From positions 4,380 to 68,379 of the forward strand of contig JASEGB010000001.1 of the NCBI GenBank assembly GCA_030018275.1: a DNA stretch of 64,000 bases. Direction: 5' to 3'. A program made the position numbers and the translations under genes. This DNA is from Actinomycetota bacterium. GTDB lineage: Bacteria; Actinomycetota; Aquicultoria; Subteraquimicrobiales; Subteraquimicrobiaceae. The notes under the pieces are model-generated. The model was not told where the DNA came from. It did not search any database and saw nothing but the letters and a program-made list of their open reading frames with translations. Each line of letters opens with the position of its first letter. Position 1 is the first letter of the stretch. Of the stretch, positions 10,085 through 19,982 are shown in pieces.

Positions 10085-11176
10085 TTACTCCCGTTTTCCG
10101 CCAATCTTTTGACTCGCAGCCGAAGGCTGGTAAATGCAATAGGGTTCCTCCTGCAGATAATCACCGGTTAAAGCATAAGCCCTGGCCCTGCATCCACCAC
10201 AAATCCTCTTATACTCGCAAATTCCACACTTCCCTTCGAGCTTCCGAAAATCCCTTAAATTCCTGAAGATTTGAGATTCAAACCAGATTTCTTTAAAGGG
10301 TCTTTCCCGAACATTTCCACAATCAAGTTCCAGGTAACCGCAGGGCTGAACTTTACCCAGGTGAGAAATGAAACAGAAGGAGATTCCACCCAGGCAACCT
10401 CTGGTCATGGCCTCAAGACCTTGGGTCTCGAAGCTTACCTTTTCTTTTTCCTTCCGAGCCCTCTGCCGAATGATGCGGTAGTAGTGAGGAGCACAGGTGG
10501 CTTTGAGATGTAGTGGTACCTTCTTCTGTCTTTCGTAGAGCCAGTTGAGCACCCTTTCATAATCCTTGGGAGGAATCTCCTCTTCCGCCAATTCCCTTCC
10601 CCTGCCCGTGGGAACCAGTAAAAAAATATGAAGTGCTACGGCACCCAACTTCACGGCAAGATTCAAGATATTCTCAAGATCATTCAGATTACGTTTGGTG
10701 ATCGTGGGAGCGATTTGAAAATCCACTTCCGCTTCCTTAAGATGCTCTATCCCCTCCAGGGCAGCTTCGAAGGATCCAGGCACTCGGCGAAACTCATCGT
10801 GTATTTCAGGAGTGGAACTCTCCAAGCTTATTGCGACCCTTTGAATGCCGGACTCCCTTATTCTTCTGGCGATATCCTTCGTGATCAGGGTACCGTTTGT
10901 ACCCATCACCATGCGTAAACCCTTCTGCACACCATGGCAAACAATGTCAAAAATGTCCTCCCTGAGTAGCGGCTCTCCGCCGGTCAAAATGATAATTGGT
11001 TGACTGAATTCACATATCTCATCGATGAACCGGAGGGCTTCCTGAGTGGAAAATTCATTGGGAAGGGGTTTGTCCACAGCCGAAGCTCGGCAATGAACAC
11101 ACTTTAAGTTACAGGCACCTGTTACCTCCCAGGCGATCATCCTCAGTGGCTGCGCAGCAGTATTTATTTTAGCCAC
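10085..11176 (-). CDS. ahbD: Radical SAM heme b synthase (coproheme decarboxylase)
   Basis: [52 protein letters not shown] start at 11176 overlaps the hemB end. Confidence 0.88.
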   Translation of the reverse strand: MAKINTAAQPLRMIAWEVTGACNLKCVHCRASAVDKPLPNEFSTQEALRFIDEICEFSQPIIILTGGEPLLREDIFDIVCHGVQKGLRMVMGTNGTLITKDIARRIRESGIQRVAISLESSTPEIHDEFRRVPGSFEAALEGIEHLKEAEVDFQIAPTITKRNLNDLENILNLAVKLGAVALHIFLLVPTGRGRELAEEEIPPKDYERVLNWLYERQKKVPLHLKATCAPHYYRIIRQRARKEKEKVSFETQGLEAMTRGCLGGISFCFISHLGKVQPCGYLELDCGNVRERPFKEIWFESQIFRNLRDFRKLEGKCGICEYKRICGGCRARAYALTGDYLQEEPYCIYQPSAASQKIGGKRE

Positions 11177-12135
11177 CTGGCTACATCCTTCGCATGGTAA
11201 GTCAAAATTATATCGGCGCCGGCTCTCTTGATCCCTGTGAGTATCTCCATGACAATCCTCTTCTCGTCCACCCAACCCTTCATGGCAGCGGCTTTGACCA
11301 TGGAATACTCCCCACTTACATTATAAGCCGCCACTGGATAATTGAACTCCTGTTTGACTCTATAGATTATATCCAAATACGCGAGGGCGGGTTTAACCAT
11401 CACGATATCAGCACCTTCTTCGATATCCAGCATGACCTCGCGAAGCGCTTCCAAGGCATTGGGTGGATCCATCTGGTAGGATCTTCGATCACCAAATTGA
11501 GGAGCGGACTCCACCGCCTCTCGGAAGGGACCATAAAAACTCGATGCATATTTCGCAGCATAGGACATAATGGGTACATTTTCGTAGCCATTTTCATCCA
11601 ATGTATTTCTAATGGCGGATACGCGTCCGTCCATCATATCCGAGGGGGCAACCATATCCGCACCCGCTTCCACATGGGATAAAGCGGTCTTGGCTAGCAA
11701 CTCTAAAGTTAAATCATTCACGATTTCCCCATCTTTTACCATTCCACAGTGTCCATGGCTTGTATATTCGCAAAGACAAACATCGGTTATGACCAGAAGA
11801 TCTGATGTAACTTCTTTGATGGCTCGCACCGACTGCTGGATAATTCCATCTTCAGCATAAGCTTCGGAAGCTACTTCATCCTTCTTCTTGGGTATCCCAA
11901 AAAGGATAATGCCGGGGGTGCCCAGCTCTTCTATTTCTCTAACCTCGTCTTTCAATCTATCGATGGACCAGTGGAAATTTCCGGGCATACTTAAAATTTC
12001 TCTTTTAATTCCCTTGCCGTGAACGACGAAAAGGGGGTAGATGAGATCATCGACGCTTATCTTAGTCTCCCTGATGAGGCGCCTGAAGTTCTCAAACCTC
12101 CTTAAGCGTCTGGGACGATAAGTTGGGAAATACAT
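11164..12135 (-). CDS. hemB: Porphobilinogen synthase
   Basis: [28 protein letters not shown]. Confidence 0.97.
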   Translation of the reverse strand: MYFPTYRPRRLRRFENFRRLIRETKISVDDLIYPLFVVHGKGIKREILSMPGNFHWSIDRLKDEVREIEELGTPGIILFGIPKKKDEVASEAYAEDGIIQQSVRAIKEVTSDLLVITDVCLCEYTSHGHCGMVKDGEIVNDLTLELLAKTALSHVEAGADMVAPSDMMDGRVSAIRNTLDENGYENVPIMSYAAKYASSFYGPFREAVESAPQFGDRRSYQMDPPNALEALREVMLDIEEGADIVMVKPALAYLDIIYRVKQEFNYPVAAYNVSGEYSMVKAAAMKGWVDEKRIVMEILTGIKRAGADIILTYHAKDVARWLK

Positions 12136-12155
12136 CTTTTACCTCAACTCCCTGA

Positions 12156-12359
12156 CTACTCAAATTCCTCCCCGCCCTTCGCTTCCTCTTTTGCTTGGGA
12201 TTTCTCCTCCGCTAAGGGTCTGGGAGCAAAATGATCGACGAGTCTTCTGAAATCTTTCCAGGCTAAAAATAAAACACAGACTAAGACCACGGGATAAAGA
12301 ATGGAGATAATCCAATTTGCCCACTGCAGGATTTGGATGTACAGCGGTTGTTGCATCAT
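12156..12359 (-). CDS. Small single-TM hypothetical protein
   Basis: RBS GAGGAGG upstream; one hydrophobic helix, charged tail. Confidence 0.5.
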   Translation of the reverse strand: MMQQPLYIQILQWANWIISILYPVVLVCVLFLAWKDFRRLVDHFAPRPLAEEKSQAKEEAKGGEEFE

Positions 12360-12863
12360 TAAAATTCCACCTCCTCTTGTTTAAGCTCACAGCCCGACAA
12401 TTCCCTCTTCAATGCTTCGGTGGTTAAATGATTGAACGATTTGAACCACATTTTACAAGAGCTGGAAAAATACATCAAGCAATTGAATCTCAAATTCAAG
12501 TTTAGGAGGAATCAGCAAATTCATAAAGGGTGTTTGGCTTTTGGGAGGGTATTTCAAGAGTATTATCCGAACTAAAGTTCGTTATCCATTAGACGAAATG
12601 CTCACTTCGGAGCGCTTCAAAATATTTCTTTGCAGCAATAGTCCATAACTGTGGGTCGCATCCATATTTTTGAATACGATCTGCGTCCACTACCAATATC
12701 TCTGGATATGTGTCTAGATAACTCATAACCCGTAAACTTACCTCCTCAACATGTGGCAAATCAAATTTTCTGGCTCCTTTATGAATAACTGCGTTTTCAC
12801 CTGGCCAAATTGTTTCAGCACAATTCTGGACTCACCTTTGGGAAATAACTCTTATTCAACTTG

Positions 12864-12935
12864 TGGAGATGGCGGGATTCGAACCCGCGACCTCTTCCGT
12901 GCGAAGGAAGCGCTCTCCCCCTGAGCTACATCCCC
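12864..12935 (-). tRNA. tRNA-Ala(CGC)
   Basis: GGGGATGTAGCTCAG...CTTCC-TTCGCAC-GGAAG...GTTCGAATC...CATCTCCA; G3:U70; CCA not encoded. Confidence 0.96.
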
Positions 12936-13080
12936 CTGGCACCTTCGCGCCTTCCTACCTGTACGGGTGAGGACACTCGTGACGCTATTTTACCAGATGT
13001 TGTAAGCCTATCAAACTCTCATATAAAATTATATGTTTTATCGGACCCTTTGGCAAAACCATTCTGTAATTCAAGGAAAC

Positions 13081-13144
13081 TAAAGTTTTTACCCCTTTTT
13101 ACTGATAATCTATACAAATAGTGAAGATAATTCACTAATGGTGA
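13081..13144 (+). promoter_or_regulatory. sigma28/WhiG-like promoter plus two BldD-type boxes upstream of flp
   Basis: TAAA-N16-ACTGATAA (13081-13108); ATAC-N5-GTGA (13112-13124); TCAC-N5-GTGA (13132-13144). Confidence 0.55.
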
Positions 13145-13168
13145 ATACAGAAAGTAGGTTCAAGAGCA

Positions 13169-13339
13169 ATGCTAATCCGACTGTTCACACTCCTCAGAAA
13201 AGATCGTGGCGCTACCGCAGTAGAGTATGGAATAATGGTCGCCTTAATTGCCGTCGTAATCATCGCCACCGTAGCCCTTCTGAGAAATCAACTTGTGGCG
13301 GTGTTTGATAGAGTCGTTGCAGCACTATCCGGCGTATAA
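13169..13339 (+). CDS. flp: Flp family type IVb pilin (not in ORF track)
   Basis: MLIRLFTLLRKDRG|ATAVEYGIMVALIAVVII..., with G|xxxxEY prepilin motif; 56 aa. Confidence 0.92.
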   Translation: MLIRLFTLLRKDRGATAVEYGIMVALIAVVIIATVALLRNQLVAVFDRVVAALSGV

Positions 13340-13365
13340 TGCAAAGAAAAATTCGACCCAAAACT

Positions 13366-13400
13366 TGAGACTCCGCCCACCTCACCTGGGCGGAGTCTCA
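13366..13400 (+). terminator. 14-bp-stem hairpin between flp and tadE (attenuator or mRNA stabiliser)
   Basis: TGAGACTCCGCCCA-7nt-TGGGCGGAGTCTCA. Confidence 0.6.
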
Positions 13401-13433
13401 CTCCCCAAAATGTTTGAAAAGGAAGTGAGCCAA

Positions 13434-13805
13434 ATGATAAGATGGAAAATTCTAGAAGAAAAGGGTACAAGTTCCGTTGAATTTGCATTGATACTTCCAA
13501 TTCTCATACTCATTCTTTTCAGCATTCTGGAATTTGGAATAGCTTACAATAACTACCTTGCGATCACCCACGCGGCGAGGGAGGGAGCGAGACTCGCCGC
13601 CGTTGGAAAATATAGCGAAGAAGTGGTAAGGGAAAGGGCGTATCTCGTGAATCCCACATCCATAACCATCAACTACCCCAACGGAAACAGACACGGTGAA
13701 CCAGTGGAAGTCGTGGTCAGGTACGATTTCCCACTGGATATACCCTTGTGGGGATAGGAGACGATTCCCCTGATGAGTAAGGCACAAATGCGCATTGAGC
13801 TCTAG
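13434..13805 (+). pseudogene. tadE: TadE-like pseudopilin with premature TAG
   Basis: EKGTSSVEFALILP, HAAREGARLA; in-frame TAG at 13755-13757 followed by ETIPLMSKAQMRIEL*. Confidence 0.8.
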
Positions 13806-13830
13806 GGAAGTGGAAGGTGGAAGTTAAAGG

Positions 13831-15154
13831 ATGAAGCACATATTCAATTTGAATGAAAAAGGAGCAGTAACCATATTGGTGGCCTCTACCTTAGCTGCGC
13901 TCATCACGGTTGCTGCCCTCGTTGTGGACCTGGGGCTCTTATATCAAGAGCGGAGGCAGCTTCAAACGGCCGTCGATGCGGCAGCTCTAGCAGCAGCCAT
14001 TGACTTGGCGGAGGGAAAAGATGCAGAACAAGCCGAGGTTTCAGCGGAAAGGTACATCATTGAAAACACCAATGTATTTCCGGAGCAAATAACCATCGAT
14101 TATCCTGAAGCCAATCGGGTCAGGGTGATCTGTACCACCTCTAGAGACCTCTTGTTGGCAAAGGTTTTTGGGGTTAAAAATGCCCTCGTTAAAGCCACGG
14201 CGACAGCCGCCTATGATGTTGCCTCCAGTGTCAGCAACCTGGTTCCAATCATCGTTCCCATGCAATCGGTGACCACCCACATCGGACCGGAAAATGAAGT
14301 TCAATTTGAATTGGGAGAGGACAGACCGGTGGAATCATTCTCCAAAACCGCCACTATGGACAAAAATACCATAAAATACACCATTTCTTACATCAACACC
14401 ACCCATAAATTGGTGGATATCACCATCGAGGATCCCATTCCAAAGGGCGCTACTTATGTAAAAGGCAGTGTTTGTTAGCGGATGTGGTTGTTCCTGCTGC
14501 AGCAGTTGCACATGTTCCCAATGCGGGGGCTGCGACTGTGAATGTGGATGCTGTGATCGTTGTAAATGCCGTTGCTGCTATCACAAAGGCACAAATACCA
14601 TCGCTTGGATATTCCGGGATGTTCCCCCCGGCGAGCAAAGAACCGTCAGTTTTATGGCGACAACTAGTAGCTCCTCCGCGGTGATGAATAATACCGCTTA
14701 CCTTACCATCAGTGCCTCAAGTGAAACCAAGACAGCTTCCACCGCCGGATCGGCTCAAAAGGGATACTTCTGGCTCTGCGATTTCGATGCCGGGAGCGGT
14801 GGAACTCCCGATTTCGATGATTGGATTCGCCATGGTTACCCGGAGGAGGTATCCATCGGATTCGTCGCCAATGGTGAGGGAGTTAGGGCCGCCCTAAAGG
14901 ATGCCTTGGGCTGGAGAAAAGAATACGATCCAAGCGTCGTCTTACCCCTTTATGACCATACCAAAGGCGGTGGAAGCCCGGGTGAGTACCACATCGTGGG
15001 ATTCGCTGAATTCGTGGTCACCGATTTCGATTTCAAAGGAAATCCCAAGACCATCACCGGTTATTTCACCAACGGTACGGTGACGACCGGTGCGGGTGGT
15101 GAAGAAAAACCGCCTTACGACTTCGGAATTTGCGTCGTTTGGTTGGTTGACTAA
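13831..15154 (+). pseudogene. tadG: TadG-like minor pilin with DUF11-like domain and Cys-rich insert; +1 frameshift ~14475
   Basis: EKGAVTILVA, LQTAVDAAALAAA; C-terminal YHIVGFAEF...VWLVD; the two ORFs join if one T is removed at TGTTAGC. Confidence 0.75.
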
Positions 15155-15165
15155 TGGCAAAGGAG

Positions 15166-15626
15166 GGAGGGGGAACAACTCACGGAAGGCAAATTCAAGG
15201 ATTCCTTTACGGCGGAATTATCCTTGAGGATTCCCCATAACATGGTGGCCATATCCATTCCCGTGGGCGAAGTGGTCGGCGTCTCGGACAAAATAAATCC
15301 AGGTGATCGCGTAACCGTCATAGCCACTTTCACACCCGGACCAGGAGGTTCCGATGTGACCCGCATCCTTTTGCAGAATGTAGAGGTCCTCGCGACCTCA
15401 GCGGAGATTCAGAGAACTTCTAAAAAACCGGAGATAGGCAATGCCTCAAGTCTGGGGAAGAAAACAATCACCCTTGCAGTTCCCCCCGCCAATGCCGAAA
15501 AACTGGTCTTCGCCGAGGAAAAAGGTCATGTTTGGATAGCACTAATGCCCACTAGCTGGGACGGACCAATGATGCTCAGCCTGTGGAAACACCGGGGCAG
15601 ACGATGGAATCTATCTTTAGGTAGAG
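15166..15626 (+). pseudogene. cpaB: RcpC/CpaB fragment, N-terminus deleted
   Basis: GEQLTEGKF...MVAISIPV...INPGDRVTVI...ILLQNVEVLA...ITLAV; no start codon after the AAGGAGG RBS. Confidence 0.75.
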
Positions 15627-15629
15627 AGG

Positions 15630-16335
15630 ATGTTCTTAATGATTGCCTTAATCCTGGCCGACCCGGATAAAGATTTCGATAGGGAAATTCGATGGGCCTT
15701 GAAGGGTAATAAAGATATTTCCGTACGAGCCTTTGCCACCAAACTCAATCAAATCGAGGCTCTCGTGAAGGAGCACGCTCCCTGTGTGCTGTTGATCGGT
15801 CCAGGATGGAAAGGAAAACCCATCGCTGATCTGGCTAAAGATATAAGAGAGAAAACCAACACAACCGTCATTCTCTCGGTCAACGGCTCTAAACCATACA
15901 ACCAAAAGAAAGCCGCATCTGCCCACATGCAGGGGATCGATTTTCTCACCTTTCCAACTCGAACCGATGAGCTAATCTCCACCATCCAGCGGGCTTATGA
16001 AATCCTCAGAGAAACAATTGCTTCCACTGGGAATAAGGGCAAGATTCTCACTATCTTTAGCACCAAGGGTGGCGTGGGCAAAACGGTCATCGCTACAAAT
16101 CTCGCGGTCTCACTCGCCAGGGATCATGGAACCAGCGTAGTTCTACTCGATCTCGATCTTCAATTTGGTGACATTGGAGTGATGCTTAAACTCAATCCGG
16201 AACACACAATCTACGACGCCGCTTGCATGGGTGAGAATCTGGATATCGAGGTATTGAGCGGCTTTCTTGCCTCCCACGATTCCGGAGTTAGAGCACTTCT
16301 CGCTCCACTCCAACCCGAATTGGCGGATTTGGTAG
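15630..16335 (+). pseudogene. cpaE: CpaE/TadZ (receiver-like + MinD ATPase), C-terminally truncated and fused to cpaF
   Basis: STKGGVGKTVIATNLA, DLDLQFGD; switches to CpaF sequence at PELADLV|DLRDLQ. Confidence 0.75.
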
Positions 16336-17370
16336 ACTTAAGGGACCTTCAGACGAGAGTCCAGCAAAAGCTGCAGGAGTTAATCTCTCAGGAAAAAACG
16401 ACTCTCACCCCTGAAGAAAAGATTCAGCTCGTTGAGAGCATTACCCACGATGTCTTGGGCTATGGTCCCTTGGAAGAATTCCTGGACGACCCAGAGGTCA
16501 CCGAGATCATGGTCAACGGTCCGGATACCATCTATATCATCGATGAGGCTCACTTAAGACGGATAATCGATAAGATCGTGGCACAGGTGGGAAGAAGGAT
16601 CGATGAGAGTGCAAACCGTCAATGATCTCATAAACTTTGGTACTATGACCAGGAGAATCGCTCTGTTCTTGGAAGCCTGCGTTAAGTGGTCTCCGGAGGA
16701 ACAGGATCGGGGAAGACCACGACTCTGAATGTCCTCTCTTCCTTCATCCCTCCGGATGAGCGGATTATTACCATAGAGGATGCGGCAGAGCTCCAACTTC
16801 ACCAAGAACATGTCATTCGATTGGAATCCCGTCCCCAAAATATCGAAGGAAAAGGGGGAAGTAACCATAAGGGATTTGGTGAGAAATGCCTTGAGAATGA
16901 GACCGGATAGAATCGTGGTCGGCGAGGTGAGGGGAGGAGAGGCCCTGGATATGCTGCAAGCCATGAATACCGGTCACGATGGTTCATTGTCCACGGTTCA
17001 CGCCAACTCGCCCAGGGATGTTTTATCCCGTCTGGAGACCATGGTCTTGATGTCCGTAATGGATCTGCCAGTGCGAGCCGTAAGGGAGCAAATCTCCTCC
17101 GCCATCGATTTGATCATCCACCAGGCGCGACTGCGGGATGGAACTAGAAGGATCACCCATATCACCGAGGTTCAGGGGATGGAGGGAGACATAATCACCC
17201 TAGAGGATTTATTCCTGTTTGATTTTTCCATGGGCGTCGATGAGAATGGTAGATTTAAGGGAACCATAAAATCCACGGGAATCAGACCGAAATTCATGCA
17301 AAAGTTGCAGAATCTTGGGATCACCCTACCCGTGGACGTCTTCCAATTTGAACTCTTTAGTCGAAAGTAG
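16336..17370 (+). pseudogene. cpaF: CpaF/TadA pilus ATPase, fragmented
   Basis: [46 protein letters not shown] and MNTGHDGS spread over several frames with short deletions. Confidence 0.88.
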
Positions 17371-17382
17371 GAGGTTTTGAAG

Positions 17383-18190
17383 ATGCCTTTGGGTACCTTG
17401 CAGGGATTAACCACATTATTACTCATATCATTCATGGCATTCTTCCTGGCTTTCCTTTCCCTGCTTGGGATATTCTTCCCACAGACTTCCCTATTGGAGC
17501 AGCAATTGAAACCCTTTGAGGAAGCATGGCAAAGGTCTCGTGGGAAGGAGGAACAGAAAAAAGAGCAAACCAAATTCATCTTAAGCAGAATTCCAAGGAT
17601 AATCGCTCCCCTGACCGCCAAAAGAGGTTCGCTCAAGGACTTACAACTCTTGCTCGATCAGGCGGGGCTTCCCCTTCGGGCGTCGGAGTTCATGTTCTTC
17701 CACTTTTTGACCGTCCTCATTTTGGGAAGTCTGGATACACCTTAAGCAAGAGTGTAATCGTTATGTCCCTCATGGTATCCATTGCGGCAATCGCCCCCAT
17801 CCTCATAATCCAGTACTTGAAAACCAAGAGGGAGGGATTATTCCACGAACAACTCCCGGATACCTTGTCGCTGATAGCCGGGGCGCTTAAAGCGGGCTAT
17901 AGCTTCCTGCAGGCCGTGGACATGGTTGTGCAGGAAACGAAGCCTCCCCTGTCCACGGAGTTTAAACGGGTGCTAACCGAGGCGAGGTTGGGTCTCCCCT
18001 TGGAGGAAGCCTAAATAACATGGCCGAAAGGGTTCAAAGCATCAATTTTGACTGGACCATCATGGCCGTTAAAATCCAGCGAGAAGTTGGGGGAAATCTG
18101 GCCGAAGTCTTGGAGATTTTGGCCAATACCATGAGAGAAAGGGATAGGGTAGCCAGGCAGATACGGGTGCTAACCGCGGAGGGAAAGCTT
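17383..18190 (+). pseudogene. tadB: TadB (T2SS F family), two frameshifts, truncated
   Basis: QLPDTLSLIAGALKAGYSF, IQREVGGNLAEVLE, RVLTAEGKL; frame breaks at ~17730 and ~18012. Confidence 0.82.
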
Positions 18191-18920
18191 TTGATAGATG
18201 CAGGGCTAATGTCCCAGGACGAGTTGAAGGAAGCCCTTTTATGTCAACAAGAGCAACCCGAGAAGCGCCTAGGGGAAATTTTGATCTCCATGGGAATGAA
18301 GAAAGACTTGCTCGATCAATTCATAAAAGAACAAATAGAAGATGCCCTCTTTGAAATCTTCGATTGGAAAGAAGGCTCCTATTATTTCGAGACTAACAAT
18401 GTCCCCGAGGAGGAAGATATCGGGATATATATGAGCGTCGAGGATATCATAGCCGAAGCCACCAAGCGCCAAGAAGAGTGGCAAAAGATAAAAGAGGTGC
18501 TTCCCTCCCTTGACACAATGGTACAAATGTCTGAAGCTCCCGTTAAATCGAAAGAGGACATCATCATAAAGCCCGAAGAGTGGAAAATCCTGTACCTACT
18601 GGATAAGAAGAGGAGTGTCAAAGATTTTAAAGGATAAATCTCATTTGACATCCCTTTCACTCTGCAGGATTCTGGTCAGAATGATCTCAAATGGACTGCT
18701 TGAAATCGTGGCTCCCGAGGCAAAGGGGCAAGCAATGGAATCTTCGGGGGCAAATAAAGCCAAAAAGTATCAATCCACCGAGCCAATAACCGGCAAGTAC
18801 ATTAAAAATTACAGAGGGGAATCTAGGCAAAATATACCTCTTGAGTGGGCAAGCTACTACGCTAGACTGAACGAGATCGCCCATCAATTGACGGCAAAAC
18901 ACTATGGTAAAAAGAATTAA
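18191..18920 (+). pseudogene. DUF4388/GspE-N-like protein fragment fused to tadB
   Basis: KRLGEILISMG, IEDALFEIFDWKEGSYYF, IIAEATKRQEEW; frameshift ~18625. Confidence 0.6.
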
Positions 18921-18923
18921 AGG

Positions 18924-19427
18924 TTACTTTTTGACGCAGGACCAGGCATAGTCCTCAGCGGGAATGAGCCTTAATTCCTGCAACTTCCTGAGCATAGCAA
19001 TTTCGCTCACCCCGAAGAGATGAGCCAAAAATTTATAATCGTTACCCCAGTTATGAGCCTCCCTTATGACCATGAATGAGGGCATACAAAGCTCAGCGGC
19101 GAAAATATCGGCTTCACGGTGAAAATAATCTCTCTTGCTATTCTTCATTGAACAGACTTCCCCACCGTGAAGTTGATGATGGGCAATCTCGTGAGCGATG
19201 GTGAAATTTTTACGGCTTTGGGGCATTAATTTATTGAGAACGATGTAATAATCGCCTTTAATGTTCAGAAGAGCTCCGAAGAACCAGGTAGGAAGGGATA
19301 ACTCTATTATTTCTATGCCCAGAGAGCGTGCGATGTTGTATAGGTCCACGGGTGGATTCCTAAAACTAAATTTCTTCACCAAATCTTCCGCTCGCTGCCT
19401 CAAATACCAATGGGCATAGATAATCAA
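18924..19427 (-). CDS. ImmA/IrrE family metallo-endopeptidase
   Basis: PPVDLYNIA, RKNFTIAHEIAH (HExxH), EADIFAAELCMP. Confidence 0.9.
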   Translation of the reverse strand: MIIYAHWYLRQRAEDLVKKFSFRNPPVDLYNIARSLGIEIIELSLPTWFFGALLNIKGDYYIVLNKLMPQSRKNFTIAHEIAHHQLHGGEVCSMKNSKRDYFHREADIFAAELCMPSFMVIREAHNWGNDYKFLAHLFGVSEIAMLRKLQELRLIPAEDYAWSCVKK

Positions 19428-19445
19428 TGGTGATCACCTTTCCAT

Positions 19446-19799
19446 CTATTCCTTCCCCTCCGCTCGTCTCTTCGCCTTTATTATGTCGATTACGTGAAGG
19501 AGGAGCTCTCTTTCCTCCTCTGAATATTTGGGATCGGACATGAGCATGGCTTCAATATCGTAACTTTGGGAAGGCTGGGGTGTGAAAGTCTCGCCAAGCA
19601 AGAAGGAGACTGGCACACCGTAAAAATCCGCGATTCTTTTTAAACGCGAAGCACAAATCCTTCTCCTGCCACTTTCGTACATTGCTAGGATCGATTCTTT
19701 GAACTCGCCGCTGGTTAATTTCTCCACATCTTTGCGGCTTAATCTTTTGCTCTCTCGAACATTCCTCAAGCGAAGACCAATTTCATTGTCGTAATACAT
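19446..19799 (-). CDS. XRE-family repressor with BldD-like DNA-binding domain
   Basis: GLRLRNVRESKRLS..VEKLTSGEFK....MYESGRR....RL..IADFYGVPV..LL parallels the BldD N-domain. Confidence 0.85.
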   Translation of the reverse strand: MYYDNEIGLRLRNVRESKRLSRKDVEKLTSGEFKESILAMYESGRRRICASRLKRIADFYGVPVSFLLGETFTPQPSQSYDIEAMLMSDPKYSEEERELLLHVIDIIKAKRRAEGKE

Positions 19800-19809
19800 T
19801 TGATGCTCC

Positions 19810-19895
19810 TCACTATTTGTACAGTTTCTGCTCTATTTTTATCGAGAAATGTCTCTTTGAACTTTAAATTTTTTAGCATACTTTACAAATAGTAA
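19810..19895 (-). promoter_or_regulatory. sigma28-like promoter and BldD-type boxes upstream of the XRE gene
   Basis: TAAA-N16-CTCGATAA (19866-19839, minus strand); TCAC-N5-GTAC (19810-19822); TTAC-N5-GTAA (19883-19895). Confidence 0.55.
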
Positions 19896-19982
19896 AACCT
19901 CTCCTACCCGTGAGATAAGAGAGATCCACTAATATCCTGCTCGCAGTCAAACCGCAAGCAAAATCGGGATGCGAGTTACGAG

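Noticed and set aside
12861..13121. 86-aa ORF MWRWRDSNPRP...
   Set aside because: Antisense translation of tRNA-Ala, a classic spurious ORF.
13755..13757. In-frame TAG in tadE as pyrrolysine/readthrough
   Set aside because: No pyl context, and the neighbouring tad genes carry many other lesions, so a nonsense mutation is more parsimonious.
15630..16625. CpaE-CpaF as a novel natural fusion protein
   Set aside because: Both halves are truncated and CpaF has further deletions and frameshifts; this is a deletion chimera.
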